Below are positions 1-8,808 of a DNA stretch of 64,000 nt, piece by piece. Source of the stretch: an uncultured Chloroflexia bacterium (GTDB taxonomy: Bacteria; Chloroflexota; Limnocylindria; Limnocylindrales; CSP1-4); NCBI GenBank assembly GCA_963789865.1, contig CAWBMD010000002.1, positions 2,543 through 66,542 of the forward strand, written 5' to 3'. The notes below the pieces were generated by a model. That model saw only the letters and a list, made by a program, of their open reading frames with translations. It was not told the origin of the DNA and searched no databases. Position numbers and translations under genes: made by a program. Each line of letters opens with the position of its first letter. Within the stretch, counting starts at the first letter, position 1.

Positions 1-1296
1 CCCCACGTCGATGCCGCGCGTCGGCTCGTCGAAGATGAGGATGTCGGTGTCGGCGGTCAGCCACTTGGCGATGACCACCTTCTGCTGGTTGCCGCCGGAC
101 AGGTTCTTCACCCGCTGGGCGATCCCCGGCGTCTTGATCGCGAGGGCCGTGACCTGCTCCAGGGCCTGCTTCCGGGTGGCGCCCGTCCTGACCCAGCCGA
201 ACCTGTTCGCGAAGCGGCCGAGCGAGGCGAGCACGGTGTTGATCTCGACGTCCATGCCGAGCGCCAGGCCGTAGCGCTTGCGGTCCTCGGAGAGGTAGGC
301 GATCCCGTGCCGGACCGCATCGCTCGGCGTGCGGATCGTGGCCGGCTCGCCCTTGATCGTGATCGTCGCCGGACTCCGGCCGGTCGGCGGCGAAGATGGC
401 GCGCATGACCTCGGTGCGGCCGGCGCCGACGAGGCCGGCGACGCCGAGGATCTCGCCGCGATGGAGCTGGAAGCTGACGTCCCGCACCTGGCGGCCGCGG
501 TTGAGGCCGCTCACCTCGAGCACGATGGTCGGGTCGACCGTCTCGGGCAGCTCGGGCGTCGCCTCGAAGACGGTCCGGCCGACCATCATGCTGATGATCT
601 GCTGGATGGTGGCCTCGGCCGTGTTGACCGTGTCGACATAGCGGCCGTCGCGCATGACCGTGACGCGGTCGGTGATCTGCTTGAGCTCCTCGAGGCGGTG
701 CGAGATGTGGACGATGCCGTGGCCGCGCTCGCGGAGGTGGCGGGTGATCCGGAAGAGCTCGTCGATCTCGGTCTCGGTGAGCGCCGCCGTGGGCTCGTCC
801 ATGATCAGGACGTCCGAGTTGTAGGACAGCGCCTTGGCGATCTCGACCATCTGCTGCTGGGCGACGGCGAGCCTGGACACGCGCGCCGTCGGGTCGAGGT
901 GCAGGTGGAGCTCCTCGAACAGCTCGGCGGCCTTGCGGTTGAGCGCCTTGTCGTCCAGCAGGACGCCGCGGCGCGGCTCGCGCCCGATGAAGATGTTCTG
1001 GGCCACGGTCAGGTGGCCCATGAGGTTCAGCTCCTGGTGGATGATGCTGATGCCGAGGTCCTGGGCGGCCCGCGGCGAGGTGATCTCCACCTCCTGCGCC
1101 CTTGACCCGGATCGTCGCCGGCATCGCGGCGGTAGATCCCGGCCAGGATCTTCATCAGCGTGGACTTGCCCGCGCCGTTCTCGCCGACGAGGGCGTGGAC
1201 CTCGCCGGACCGGAGCTCGAAGCGGGCGCCGTCGAGCGCGTGGACGCCCGGGAAGCTCTTGCTGATATCGGTCATCTCGACCAGGAGTTCACCCAT
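1..1296 (-). CDS. Sugar ABC transporter ATP-binding protein, two-ABC-domain RbsA/MglA type. The 3' end runs off the left edge. Interrupted by two closely spaced frameshifts near 1100-1125.
   Basis: Minus-strand ATG at 1296 gives [55 protein letters not shown] (Walker A). After about 1120 the homology continues in other frames: IRVKG, then [36 protein letters not shown]. The reverse complement of 1-120 reads [16 protein letters not shown]...[20 protein letters not shown], the second-domain signature and Walker B. The + strand ORF 329-1105 is its antisense shadow. Confidence 0.85.
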
Positions 1297-1388
1297 GGCG
1301 GGTACCCCTTCGAGGACCTGAGGCTGCCCGGACGGCTGGGTTCCGGGGCTGGAAGTCGACGTCGTTCCGAGAATGGCGTCCGAGGACC

Positions 1389-1402
1389 TGTTATCGGTAA
1401 CA
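1389..1402. promoter_or_regulatory. Candidate LacI/GalR-family operator upstream of the sugar ABC ATPase gene
   Basis: 14-nt near-palindrome TGTTATCGGTAACA with 6 of 7 arm pairs and a central CG, about 93 nt upstream of the ATG at 1296. It fits the general TGnnAnCGnTnnCA operator pattern of LacI-family sugar regulators. Confidence 0.4.
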
Positions 1403-1637
1403 CATCCCGCACGATAGCGCACTCGTCAATACTCGCGCGCGACTTTTCTGCACACCTGTCGCAACCTTGGCCGACGGCAGCAGGGGCACCGTGACGCTGG
1501 GGAGCGGATCGACCGGACGTCCCCTTGCCATCGGGTCAGTGCTCACGAGGGCGTCACGGCCACCGCAATCGTCCGCACCGGGTTCCCGCAGAGGCGTCGG
1601 CATCCAGGCCGGACGAAGCCCACCCGGGGAGGAACAC

Positions 1638-1876
1638 ATGCAGCGAACGATCGCGCGGTCCTTGGCGCCCTCGTCACCTACCTGGTGCTCGTGGTCCCGG
1701 GCGCGACGAGCGACCCCGAGCCGAAGTAAGTGCTCGCGGTGGTGGTCGGCGCGCTCGTCACCTGGCTCTGGCCGTGGGTGATCGGCATCGTCCTCGTTCG
1801 ACGCGCGAAGGCTCGCCGAGACAGGCAGATCAGCGACGAGGTGGACAAGAAGGTGGCCGCGAGCAAGAAGGTCTGA
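1638..1876 (+). CDS. Candidate small membrane protein(s): two hydrophobic segments separated by a TAA and a frame change
   Basis: SD-like GGGAGG lies 6 nt before ATG 1638. The hydrophobic stretch AVLGALVTYLVLVVPGATSDPEPK is in a different frame and ends at TAA 1727-1729. It is followed directly by GTG 1730 VLAVVVGALVTWLWPWVIGIVLVRRAKARRDRQISDEVDKKVAASKKV, stop 1874-1876. Both pieces are below the 60-aa cutoff of the ORF track. Confidence 0.25.
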
Positions 1877-1926
1877 TCGGGGATCCTGTCCGCAGGGCGC
1901 CACGGGGCGCGCAGCTCCCGGCCTTC

Positions 1927-2066
1927 GGGCTGCTCCCGGTCTCAGCCGACGCCTGACCCTTCGCGGCCCGAGCCGATGCCGGGCTGCTCCCGGTCGCAGC
2001 CGACGCCTGACTCTTCGCGGCCCGAGCCGATGCCGGGCTGCTCCCGCTCGCAGCCGACGCCTGGCC
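1927..2066. repeat. 54-bp tandem repeat, about 2.6 copies
   Basis: Copies at 1927-1980 and 1981-2034 (gggctgctcccggtc[t/g]cagccgacgcctgac[c/t]cttcgcggcccgagccgatgcc) differ at 2 positions. A diverging partial third copy starts at 2035. The array lies between the convergent small + ORF and the NifX-like gene. Confidence 0.9.
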
Positions 2067-2076
2067 TTTGCCAGCC

Positions 2077-2406
2077 TCAGCCGGCGACCAGAACCGCCAG
2101 CCGAGCGTCCCCAGCGGCGCCAAGGCGAAGCCGGATCCCCATCCCGTCCAGCATCTGGACCATCGGGGGTCCCATGTGGTTCGCCACCACCATCATGATC
2201 CCGTGGTCGATCAGGAAGCGCGCAATCCGCGCGTGATGACCACCCTCCGTGCCCACATCGTGGAGATCGTCCCATCGCACGTCATGCTCATGCCATGAGG
2301 CGATCTGGCCGTTCTCAACGCGCACGACAGCAACCCGCGCGGCGCGACCCCAGCTGGTGTCAACCTGCCCGTCTGGCGTGACCGGAACGGCGATGATCAT
2401 GCTCAT
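2077..2406 (-). CDS. NifB/NifX-family (dinitrogenase FeMo-cofactor-binding domain, PF02579-like) small protein
   Basis: Intact 109-aa ORF: MSMIIAVPVTPDGQVDTSWGRAARVAVVRVENGQI...HHARIARFLIDHGIMMVVANHMGPPMVQMLDGMGIRL. This is the typical layout of stand-alone NifX/NifB-like domain proteins. AAGGGAGA lies just upstream of the ATG. Confidence 0.75.
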   Translation of the reverse strand: MSMIIAVPVTPDGQVDTSWGRAARVAVVRVENGQIASWHEHDVRWDDLHDVGTEGGHHARIARFLIDHGIMMVVANHMGPPMVQMLDGMGIRLRLGAAGDARLAVLVAG

Positions 2407-2570
2407 CTCCCTTGGGACTCGCCGCCCAACAGTCTGGCCGCCCGGCGACCGGACGTGGCGGTGCCGTGATTATCCGGTCGCCCCGCGGCAGAGTCGTCGG
2501 GGTGTCGGCCGGTTCTGGGCCCTCTCCGGTCTCCCGGCGGATGGAACAGCCCAGAAGAGCACGGTTCGGT

Positions 2571-2772
2571 CGCGCGGCGACCGGCGCGACCAGCGTGACG
2601 CGCGCGGCGACCGGCGCGACCAGGGACGCGCGCGGCGACCGGCGCGACCAGCGTGACGCGCGCGGCGACCGGCGCGACCAGCGTGACGCGCGCGGCGACC
2701 GGCGCGACCAGCGTGACGCGCGCGGCGACCGGCGCGACCAGCGTGACGCGCGGCGACCGGCGCGACCAGCGG
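2571..2772. repeat. 30-bp head-to-tail tandem repeat, 6 full copies plus 1 partial
   Basis: The unit cgcgcggcgaccggcgcgaccagcgtgacg occurs at 2571, 2601 (a 28-bp variant with cagggacg), 2629, 2659, 2689 and 2719, with a partial copy at 2749-2772. There are no spacers between copies. The array sits in the intergenic region between the EamA gene stop (2801) and the NifX-like gene start (2406). Confidence 0.95.
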
Positions 2773-2800
2773 AGGCAGGGCCGCAGGCTCCCGTGCGGCC

Positions 2801-3709
2801 CTACAGGACGGGCGCCGGCTCCTCCAGGGCGGGCGTCTCGCGCGCGAGCACGATCCCCTGGAGCAGCAGCCCGGTGAACACGAGCACCACGCCGACCGCC
2901 GCGGCGAGCGCCAGCGTCTCGCCCAGGATCACGACACCCAGGACGGTCGCGACCAGCGGGTCCGTCAGCATGAGCGTCGCGACTGGGCCCGGCCGCAGGC
3001 CGTGAATACCGCGAGTCAGCAGCGTGTTTGCGACGGCCATCGTCGCGATGCCCAGATAGAGCACGAGCGCGATGCCCGACGGCTGGGTCACCCAGTCCAG
3101 CGGCTGGCCGATCAGCATCGGGACAAGCAGGATCCCGCCCAGCACGAAGCTGCCCGTCGGCACCTCCAGGGCCGTGACACCACGATCCAGCTGGACCTTG
3201 GCCGCCACCGTGTAGAACGCGCTGCAGAGTCCGGCGCCGAGAGCAAGCAGGAGACCCGGTGCCGTCCCGCCCGCCAGGCCATCCACCGAAAGCAGGACCA
3301 GACCCGCGACGGCGACGACAGTGACGGCGATCCAGCTGACCGTGGGCCGGTGGTGGAGAACAACCCAGCCCAGGATGCCCGCGAGGACCGGCTCGCTGCC
3401 CACGGCAACCAGGGTGCCGAGCGCCACGCCCACCTGGCTGACGGCACCGAAGAAGAGCGGCTGGTACAGGGCCGCGGTGACGGCCGTGACCAGCATGGCC
3501 GGGGAGCGCCAGAGAACGAGCAGCCGGCGGGGATCATGGCCCAGGAACGGCATCGCAAGGAGGAGGGCAACCGCACCAACCTGGATGCGCAGGACACCAA
3601 CCGCGATTGGCGTCGTCCCCGTCGGGCCCAATGCCTGTGCGGTACCCGCGGTGCCGAACAGGATGCCGGCGGCCACGACGAGCAGGATCGACGATCGGGT
3701 CTGCGGCAT
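2801..3709 (-). CDS. EamA/DMT-family transporter (10-TM permease)
   Basis: Intact 302-aa ORF, hydrophobic throughout, with two EamA-like halves (ILFGTAGTAQAL..., YTVAAKVQL..., VANTLLTRGIHGLRPGPVATLMLTDPLVATVLGVVILGE). Confidence 0.9.
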   Translation of the reverse strand: MPQTRSSILLVVAAGILFGTAGTAQALGPTGTTPIAVGVLRIQVGAVALLLAMPFLGHDPRRLLVLWRSPAMLVTAVTAALYQPLFFGAVSQVGVALGTLVAVGSEPVLAGILGWVVLHHRPTVSWIAVTVVAVAGLVLLSVDGLAGGTAPGLLLALGAGLCSAFYTVAAKVQLDRGVTALEVPTGSFVLGGILLVPMLIGQPLDWVTQPSGIALVLYLGIATMAVANTLLTRGIHGLRPGPVATLMLTDPLVATVLGVVILGETLALAAAVGVVLVFTGLLLQGIVLARETPALEEPAPVL

Positions 3710-3721
3710 GCTCGGACGAGG

Positions 3722-5635
3722 CTACCGGGAGCCGACGGGTGGCGCCCGACGGCCGCGGATCGCACCGGGAGCCGACGGGTGGCGCCCGACGGCCGCGGAT
3801 CGCACCGGGAGCCGACGGGTGGCGCCCGACGGCCGCGGATCGCACCGGGAGCGCTGGGGCGGGCACGTCCGGTCGGCCCGCGTGGCCGCGGCTACGAAGA
3901 CGGCGACGCCGTCGGCTCCGGTGTCGGTTTCGTGTCGGCGTCGGCGTGGGTGGCGGCGTGGGTGTCGGCGTGGAGTGGGTGTCGGCTCCGGAGTGGGTGT
4001 CGGCTCCGGAGTGGGGTGCGCGGTCGAGGTCGGCGCCGGTGAGTCGCTGGGACCCGTCGACGGGCCGGACGAGGGCGATCCGGACGGCGACGGTGACAGT
4101 GCCGGCCGGGGAGTCGGCCGGGGCGTCGGCCTCGGCACAGCCACGGGGAGCGGGTACCGCGACCTCGTCGGGTCCGGCGTTCCCGGCAGCAGCGCCGCGA
4201 CGTCGTGGCGGATCTGCGTGACCCATGCGGCGGTCAGCCATTCCGGGTAGCGCGATGGCACGATGCGGAGCTGCTTGACCTTCGCGCCAGACGTCCGACC
4301 GAACAGCTCCACGAGGGCCGGCAGGCTCTCCCGTGGAAGATCTGTCCACGCGGTGCCCTTCGCGGCGCCGAACAGGGCGGGCGCGGACAGGATCGTGGAC
4401 GGACCCAGCTGCTGGCGGATCGCGAGCAGAAGCGTCTGCTGGCGGTCCATGCGACCGTAGTCGGAGTCCTGGTGGCGGCTGCGCGCGTACGCAAGAGCCG
4501 TCCTGCCGTCGAAGTGCTGCTTTCCAGCCGAGATGTGGAGGTGGACGCTACCCCTTCCCGGGTCCGGGTAGTGGTCGTCGGTGACCGCATCCGGGACGTC
4601 AATGTCAATCCCACCGAGGGCGTCCACCACGCGGATCACCCCGTCGAGATCGACGATCAGGACCGCGTCGATCGGGCGGCCGGTGATCTCGCTCACGACG
4701 GACCGGATAGCGCCGATGCCCTTGACGGCGCCCGTGCCCGGCCACCGGCCCGGGTGGCGGGCGGTCGCCTCCACGTACATCTCGTTGAGCAGGCCGGTTT
4801 GGCAACCGCAGGCCGAGGCGTCGCGCGCCGGCCCCGGCGGGTACGGGGCGTTCAGGAGGTTCCGCGGCAGGCCCACCATCGCCACTGCGCCGCTCTCCAC
4901 GTCCACCTCCACCAGGAGCATGGTGTCGACCCGGCGACTCCAGCGGCCGGCACCGGCGTCGGAGCCCAGGAGGAGCAGGTCGAAGCGACCGTCGTCACCC
5001 CACGGCTGAGCACCCGGGCGCGTCCACGGGACCGCGGCATCGAAGGCTGGAAGGGTCCCATTGCCGCCGTCCATCGGGAATTGCGCGATCTCGGGAGTGG
5101 GCGACGGGCTGGGCTCAGCGGATCTCGAGGCGCCCGGAGACGCCGACCCAACGGCCGGCGTCGCCGTGGGGGTCGGGGTGGGTGCTGCCGTCGGCGCCTC
5201 CGTCGCGGCGGGGACCTCCGTGGCCGTCTGGACCTCGGCGAAGGTGCTGTCGAGGAAGTCGGATGCCGCGTTGATGGAGGTCGCCGCCATGACGAACGGG
5301 ACGCCGACGGCGACCAGCACGACGATCGCGGTGGCAGCGATGGTCGCCGGGCCTGGGCGGGTCCGGCCGACAGCGTCCACTGCCGCGGAGGTCCGCCAGG
5401 CTGCGACGAGGATGTTGGCCGCACCCAGGAGCGCGAGGACGCCGGGCGTGACGAGCGCCGCCGCGATCCCGTAGACACCGTTCGAGAGCGCCCAGGCGGT
5501 TGCGGCCACGATGACCACGAGGGACGGGACGAGGAAGAACAGACCGATGCGTCGCCTGCCGATGAGCAGGTGGCCCAGGCCCGGGAGGATCACGCTGGCG
5601 ATCGCCACGAGCACCGGCCCCAGTCCGCGGCGCAT
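3722..5635 (-). CDS. LytR-CpsA-Psr (LCP) family cell-envelope phosphotransferase with a Pro/Thr-rich C-terminal tail. The true stop is uncertain.
   Basis: Part of ORF 3722-5959. The likely start is ATG 5635 (MRRGLGPVLVAIASVILPGLGHLLIGRRRIGLFFLV, TM segments). LCP core: RFDLLLLGSD...RVDTMLLVEVD...GLPRNLL...DGRTALAYARSRHQDSDYGRMDRQQ. The tail is PRPTPRPTPRP...PTPEPTPTPEPTPTP, then a non-protein-like read-through of the 40-bp repeat. Confidence 0.85.
   Translation of the reverse strand: MRRGLGPVLVAIASVILPGLGHLLIGRRRIGLFFLVPSLVVIVAATAWALSNGVYGIAAALVTPGVLALLGAANILVAAWRTSAAVDAVGRTRPGPATIAATAIVVLVAVGVPFVMAATSINAASDFLDSTFAEVQTATEVPAATEAPTAAPTPTPTATPAVGSASPGASRSAEPSPSPTPEIAQFPMDGGNGTLPAFDAAVPWTRPGAQPWGDDGRFDLLLLGSDAGAGRWSRRVDTMLLVEVDVESGAVAMVGLPRNLLNAPYPPGPARDASACGCQTGLLNEMYVEATARHPGRWPGTGAVKGIGAIRSVVSEITGRPIDAVLIVDLDGVIRVVDALGGIDIDVPDAVTDDHYPDPGRGSVHLHISAGKQHFDGRTALAYARSRHQDSDYGRMDRQQTLLLAIRQQLGPSTILSAPALFGAAKGTAWTDLPRESLPALVELFGRTSGAKVKQLRIVPSRYPEWLTAAWVTQIRHDVAALLPGTPDPTRSRYPLPVAVPRPTPRPTPRPALSPSPSGSPSSGPSTGPSDSPAPTSTAHPTPEPTPTPEPTPTPRRHPRRHPRRRRHETDTGADGVAVFVAAATRADRTCPPQRSRCDPRPSGATRRLPVRSAAVGRHPSAPGAIRGRRAPPVGSR
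3723..3852. repeat. 40-bp perfect tandem repeat, 3 identical copies plus a 10-bp partial copy
   Basis: The unit accgggagccgacgggtggcgcccgacggccgcggatcgc occurs at 3723-3762, 3763-3802 and 3803-3842 with no mismatches. A partial copy covers 3843-3852. It starts 14 nt upstream of the EamA start codon and falls inside the nominal 3' tail of the LCP ORF. All six frames are open across it. Confidence 0.95.
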
Positions 5636-5997
5636 GGATGGCCGATCGGGTCGTCCGTCCTCGCTCCCCTGCTCCGCCACCGTGACCGCCCCTCTCCCGT
5701 TACCGGGCGACGCGGGTAGTGCCGCGCGTGACGGGAAGGCCGTCCCTTGCGAGCACGTCGACGCCACAGCCCTCGACGAGCATCCGCTGGACCTTCGACC
5801 TGGTTCCGTCGACCGTGGCCATGCCGGCCTCCTCGGGCTGGGTTGCCTGTGAGGGGCAGTGTCGCGCATCCGGGACGTGGTCCGGAGGACCTCGGCACAC
5901 TCCACGATCCGAGCACGACGCGCGACGCGAGCACACCATGGTCGCGTTCGGGGGCCCACTCACCTGATCGCCGGGAATACGATGGAGCGACCACGTC

Positions 5998-7353
5998 ATG
6001 CCGCCCGAGGCGAGGAACCCGATCGTGACCACCGGCCAGCCCGTCGTCCTCCACGGCGAGGCTCGACACCCGGGCGGGACGTCCGCCGCCGCCACGGTGA
6101 CCCTGGGCGAGGATGCCTTGACGGTCGCGGTGGCCGGGTCGGTGGCGTGGAGCGCGGGCTACCGGGACCTGGGCGCGGTGATGGTCGACGGCGGCATCGT
6201 GATGATCCAGCTCGGCGAGGGAGCCGGTGCCGATCGCTGGCTGTTCGAGCGTTTCGGGACGCTGACGGGGAGGCTGGTGCTCGGGCTCCGGGACGGGCGG
6301 CTCCGCCAGCGCCTGGCCGACGGCCTGGTCGAGGCGGACCCGGACGACGAGATCGACCTGGTCGAGTACGCGGCCGGCGCGGAGGCGGGTATCGCCCAGC
6401 TCCTCTACCACGGGCGGGGCGTGGCCCTGGCTCCGGTGGACGACCGCCTTGCCTGGCGGCGGATCCGCCGCGCCGACATCGGCGGCGTGGAGCTCCAGCC
6501 CGAGGTGGGCGGGTTGGCGATCGGGAGCGCCGGCCGATCCCTGCTGGCCGCACCCGGCGGCGGGCCCGCGCTGCGTCTCCTCCGCCTCGGGCCGACGGCG
6601 ATCAAGCACGGGCAACGCTGGGCCACCCTCCGCGACGGCGCCGCGGCAGACGCGTCAGCGATCGTCGCCGGGCTGATCCCGGACGCGCCGGTCGCGATCC
6701 GGCGTGCGGCCTCGGCGGTCCTGCTCGAGGGCCGGCCGGCCACCCCGGAGATCCTTGGTGAGGCCTGGACGCCGCTCGAGACAGCGGTGCTGGGGCACCC
6801 GCCGTTCGACGAGTCGTACCGTGCGCTGCGCGAGATCGGCGGCGGTGAGACTGCCCCGCGCTGGCTGGTCACTGCACCCGAGCGACCGGGCGCCGTCGAG
6901 GAGCCGCGACTGTGGTTCTTCGTCGGCCTGCCGGGAAACCTCGTGGCAATGGAGCTGGTGAGCGCCGGCTCACACGCGACCTACCTGTTCCGGGTCGTGC
7001 CGCGCGCGGGGTTCGAGGGGTCCCTACCCAGAGGGGCACTGGACACGGCGGTGGCCGATGTCTCGGAGGCGCTGGTCGACGCCCGGTTCCTGCGGGAGCC
7101 GATGGCCCTGCCGGTGTCGCGCCTCGCGGAGCCCGCTGGACTGCGCTATCGCCTGGCGCTCGCCGCCCTGCCGACGCTGGCCACGGCGCGTGCCCGGTTC
7201 GTGGCGCGGGTCGTCCACCATGATCCCGAGAGCTGGCGGGGGGCGATCGAGGACCTGGCAGCGTGGCATGGCGCCGCCCGGGACGACGACGCCGAGTGGC
7301 CGGGACGGGCCGCGCAGGAAGCCCAGGTCGACGACGCCGCCGGCCTTCCCTGA
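5998..7353 (+). CDS. Hypothetical protein, 451 aa, no family recognised
   Basis: Intact long ORF with ordinary protein-like composition (not the R/P/G-rich pattern of shadow ORFs). Its stop is 16 nt before the next start, which suggests an operon with the zinc-ribbon gene. I recognise no motif. Confidence 0.7.
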   Translation: MPPEARNPIVTTGQPVVLHGEARHPGGTSAAATVTLGEDALTVAVAGSVAWSAGYRDLGAVMVDGGIVMIQLGEGAGADRWLFERFGTLTGRLVLGLRDGRLRQRLADGLVEADPDDEIDLVEYAAGAEAGIAQLLYHGRGVALAPVDDRLAWRRIRRADIGGVELQPEVGGLAIGSAGRSLLAAPGGGPALRLLRLGPTAIKHGQRWATLRDGAAADASAIVAGLIPDAPVAIRRAASAVLLEGRPATPEILGEAWTPLETAVLGHPPFDESYRALREIGGGETAPRWLVTAPERPGAVEEPRLWFFVGLPGNLVAMELVSAGSHATYLFRVVPRAGFEGSLPRGALDTAVADVSEALVDARFLREPMALPVSRLAEPAGLRYRLALAALPTLATARARFVARVVHHDPESWRGAIEDLAAWHGAARDDDAEWPGRAAQEAQVDDAAGLP

Positions 7354-7369
7354 ACCGAGCGAGGACACC

Positions 7370-7870
7370 ATGCCGACGTTCAAGCACCCGTGCCCGCACT
7401 GCGGGACGTTCATCAACCGGGACGTGGTTGCATGCCCGGCATGTGGGCAGCAGGACCCGTTTGCGCCCGCGCGATGCGGGAACTGCCGCGCACCCCTCGA
7501 CGATCCGTCCTGGATCGCGTGCCCGAAGTGCGGCCAGCCGGTCGGTGCCGCCGCCGTCGCCGCGGCACAGGCAGCGGCTGCCGCGCAGGCGGAGGCGACC
7601 TCCGGCACCGCGGGCATGGCGCCCGCCGGAGCGCAACCTGCCGGCCCGGGAGCGATCCCCGGCTGGGGTCAGCCCGCAGGGTCAGTCACCGTGCCCGCGC
7701 CCACCGCACCGGGTCCTGCGCCCGCGATTGCTGCCCCGACTCCCGCCGCACCGACTCCATCGGCCACACTCGCTCCGCCAGGCGCGCCCCCGGCTGCCTG
7801 CCCGGCATGCGGTAGCCCGTTGGCGGCTGGCGCCCGGTTCTGCCGCGACTGCGGGACGCCCGTCGCCTAG
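7370..7870 (+). CDS. Double zinc-ribbon domain protein (three CxxC...CxxC ribbons plus an Ala/Pro-rich linker)
   Basis: ATG 7370 is preceded by GAGCGAGGA. Sequence: MPTFKHPCPHCGTFINRDVVACPACG...CGNCRAPLDDPSWIACPKCG...(A/P-rich)...CPACGSPLAAGARFCRDCGTPVA. Confidence 0.75.
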   Translation: MPTFKHPCPHCGTFINRDVVACPACGQQDPFAPARCGNCRAPLDDPSWIACPKCGQPVGAAAVAAAQAAAAAQAEATSGTAGMAPAGAQPAGPGAIPGWGQPAGSVTVPAPTAPGPAPAIAAPTPAAPTPSATLAPPGAPPAACPACGSPLAAGARFCRDCGTPVA

Positions 7871-7950
7871 GGCCACGCTTCGAAGCGCGCCGGGGACTCT
7901 CGCGCCACGGACACGGTTACGGGAGCGTCACGGTGGCGGTCGCCGGGCGA

Positions 7951-7975
7951 CGGTCGCGCGCACCGACCGCGACCG
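7951..7975. terminator. GC-rich hairpin between convergent genes (possible bidirectional terminator)
   Basis: cggtcgcg (7951-7958) pairs with cgcgaccg (7968-7975) around a 9-nt loop. It lies between the stop of the + strand zinc-ribbon gene (7870) and the stop of the - strand lipoprotein gene (8069). There is no clear U-tract. Confidence 0.3.
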
Positions 7976-8068
7976 GGGTTCTCCTGGCGTGGGGCAAGAA
8001 CGACGGCAACCGCACCCAGATGCGGGACACCTCTCCGCCGTCCTCGTGCCAAGGCGTCTCCAACCGGA

Positions 8069-8686
8069 CTACGAGCCGGGGCTGTCGGGACACGTCCTCG
8101 CGCACAGCCAGATGCCGAAGGGGATGACCGCCGTTCCCTCCGTCCCCGCGATGTCGTATGTCACGGCGAGACCCTTTCCCCCGCCCATCTCTCCTGCGGC
8201 CAGGGACACCTGCACGCCGAGTTCGCTGGATTGAGCGTCGTTGGGCGTGTCGCTGGCCTGGACCGCGTCACTGGCCTGAGCGTCGGCGGGGCAGACCCCG
8301 CTCACCCGCTGCGTCCCGCCCGGATCGAAGCCGGCGGCGAACGAGGCGAGCGACCGGTCGTCGGTGCCAAGCCCATCCTGCCCCTGGGTAAAAGGGTTGG
8401 GACGCACGGCGAACGCATCGACCCGGATCTCGCCCGACGGCTCGTGGAGGGCGACGCCGGTGATCGTGGCCGTCCCCGGCGAGGTCAGACACAACATGAT
8501 CGAACCGACGCTGCGCGGAGCGCCGTACGGCGTGTTGCTGATTGCGACGGAGACGGCGCTGTTGCCGACCATGCGGAGCGCGGGCGCCGGTGAGCACGCT
8601 GCGGCGATCGGCAGGACGAGGAGGGCGGCCAGGGCTGTCGCTCGCAATTGAGCCGCAACCCGCGGAGCAGTCCCCGATCCCTTCAT
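8069..8686 (-). CDS. Probable secreted lipoprotein, 205 aa, unknown family
   Basis: Internal ATG 8686 of ORF 8069-9553 gives MKGSGTAPRVAAQLRATALAALLVLPIAAACSPAP (signal peptide with a lipobox-like AAAC), followed by a protein-like body. The part of the ORF upstream of this ATG is an R/G-rich shadow. Confidence 0.65.
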   Translation of the reverse strand: MKGSGTAPRVAAQLRATALAALLVLPIAAACSPAPALRMVGNSAVSVAISNTPYGAPRSVGSIMLCLTSPGTATITGVALHEPSGEIRVDAFAVRPNPFTQGQDGLGTDDRSLASFAAGFDPGGTQRVSGVCPADAQASDAVQASDTPNDAQSSELGVQVSLAAGEMGGGKGLAVTYDIAGTEGTAVIPFGIWLCARTCPDSPGS

Positions 8687-8808
8687 CGCATACCCATCCC
8701 ACACCTCTCGGCTGGCGATTCCCGTGGGCTGCGTGAGGGGGTCCTGTCCGGCCACCGGCGTCAGCGATTGCGGGAGCGTCGCGCCGTTGCTGGAGAACCC
8801 CCAGCGAC

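Noticed and set aside
2571-2772. The 30-bp repeat array as a CRISPR locus
   Set aside because: The copies are directly head to tail with no spacers, the unit has no CRISPR-repeat-like palindromic ends, and no cas genes are in the window. It is a tandem minisatellite.
3722-3852. The 40-bp repeats as genuine C-terminal coding sequence of the LCP protein
   Set aside because: The period is not a multiple of 3, the translated tail (CDPRPSGATRRLPVRSAAVGRHPSAPGAIRGRRAPPVGSR) is not protein-like, and the ORF continues only because no stop occurs in any frame. The true stop is probably upstream and masked.
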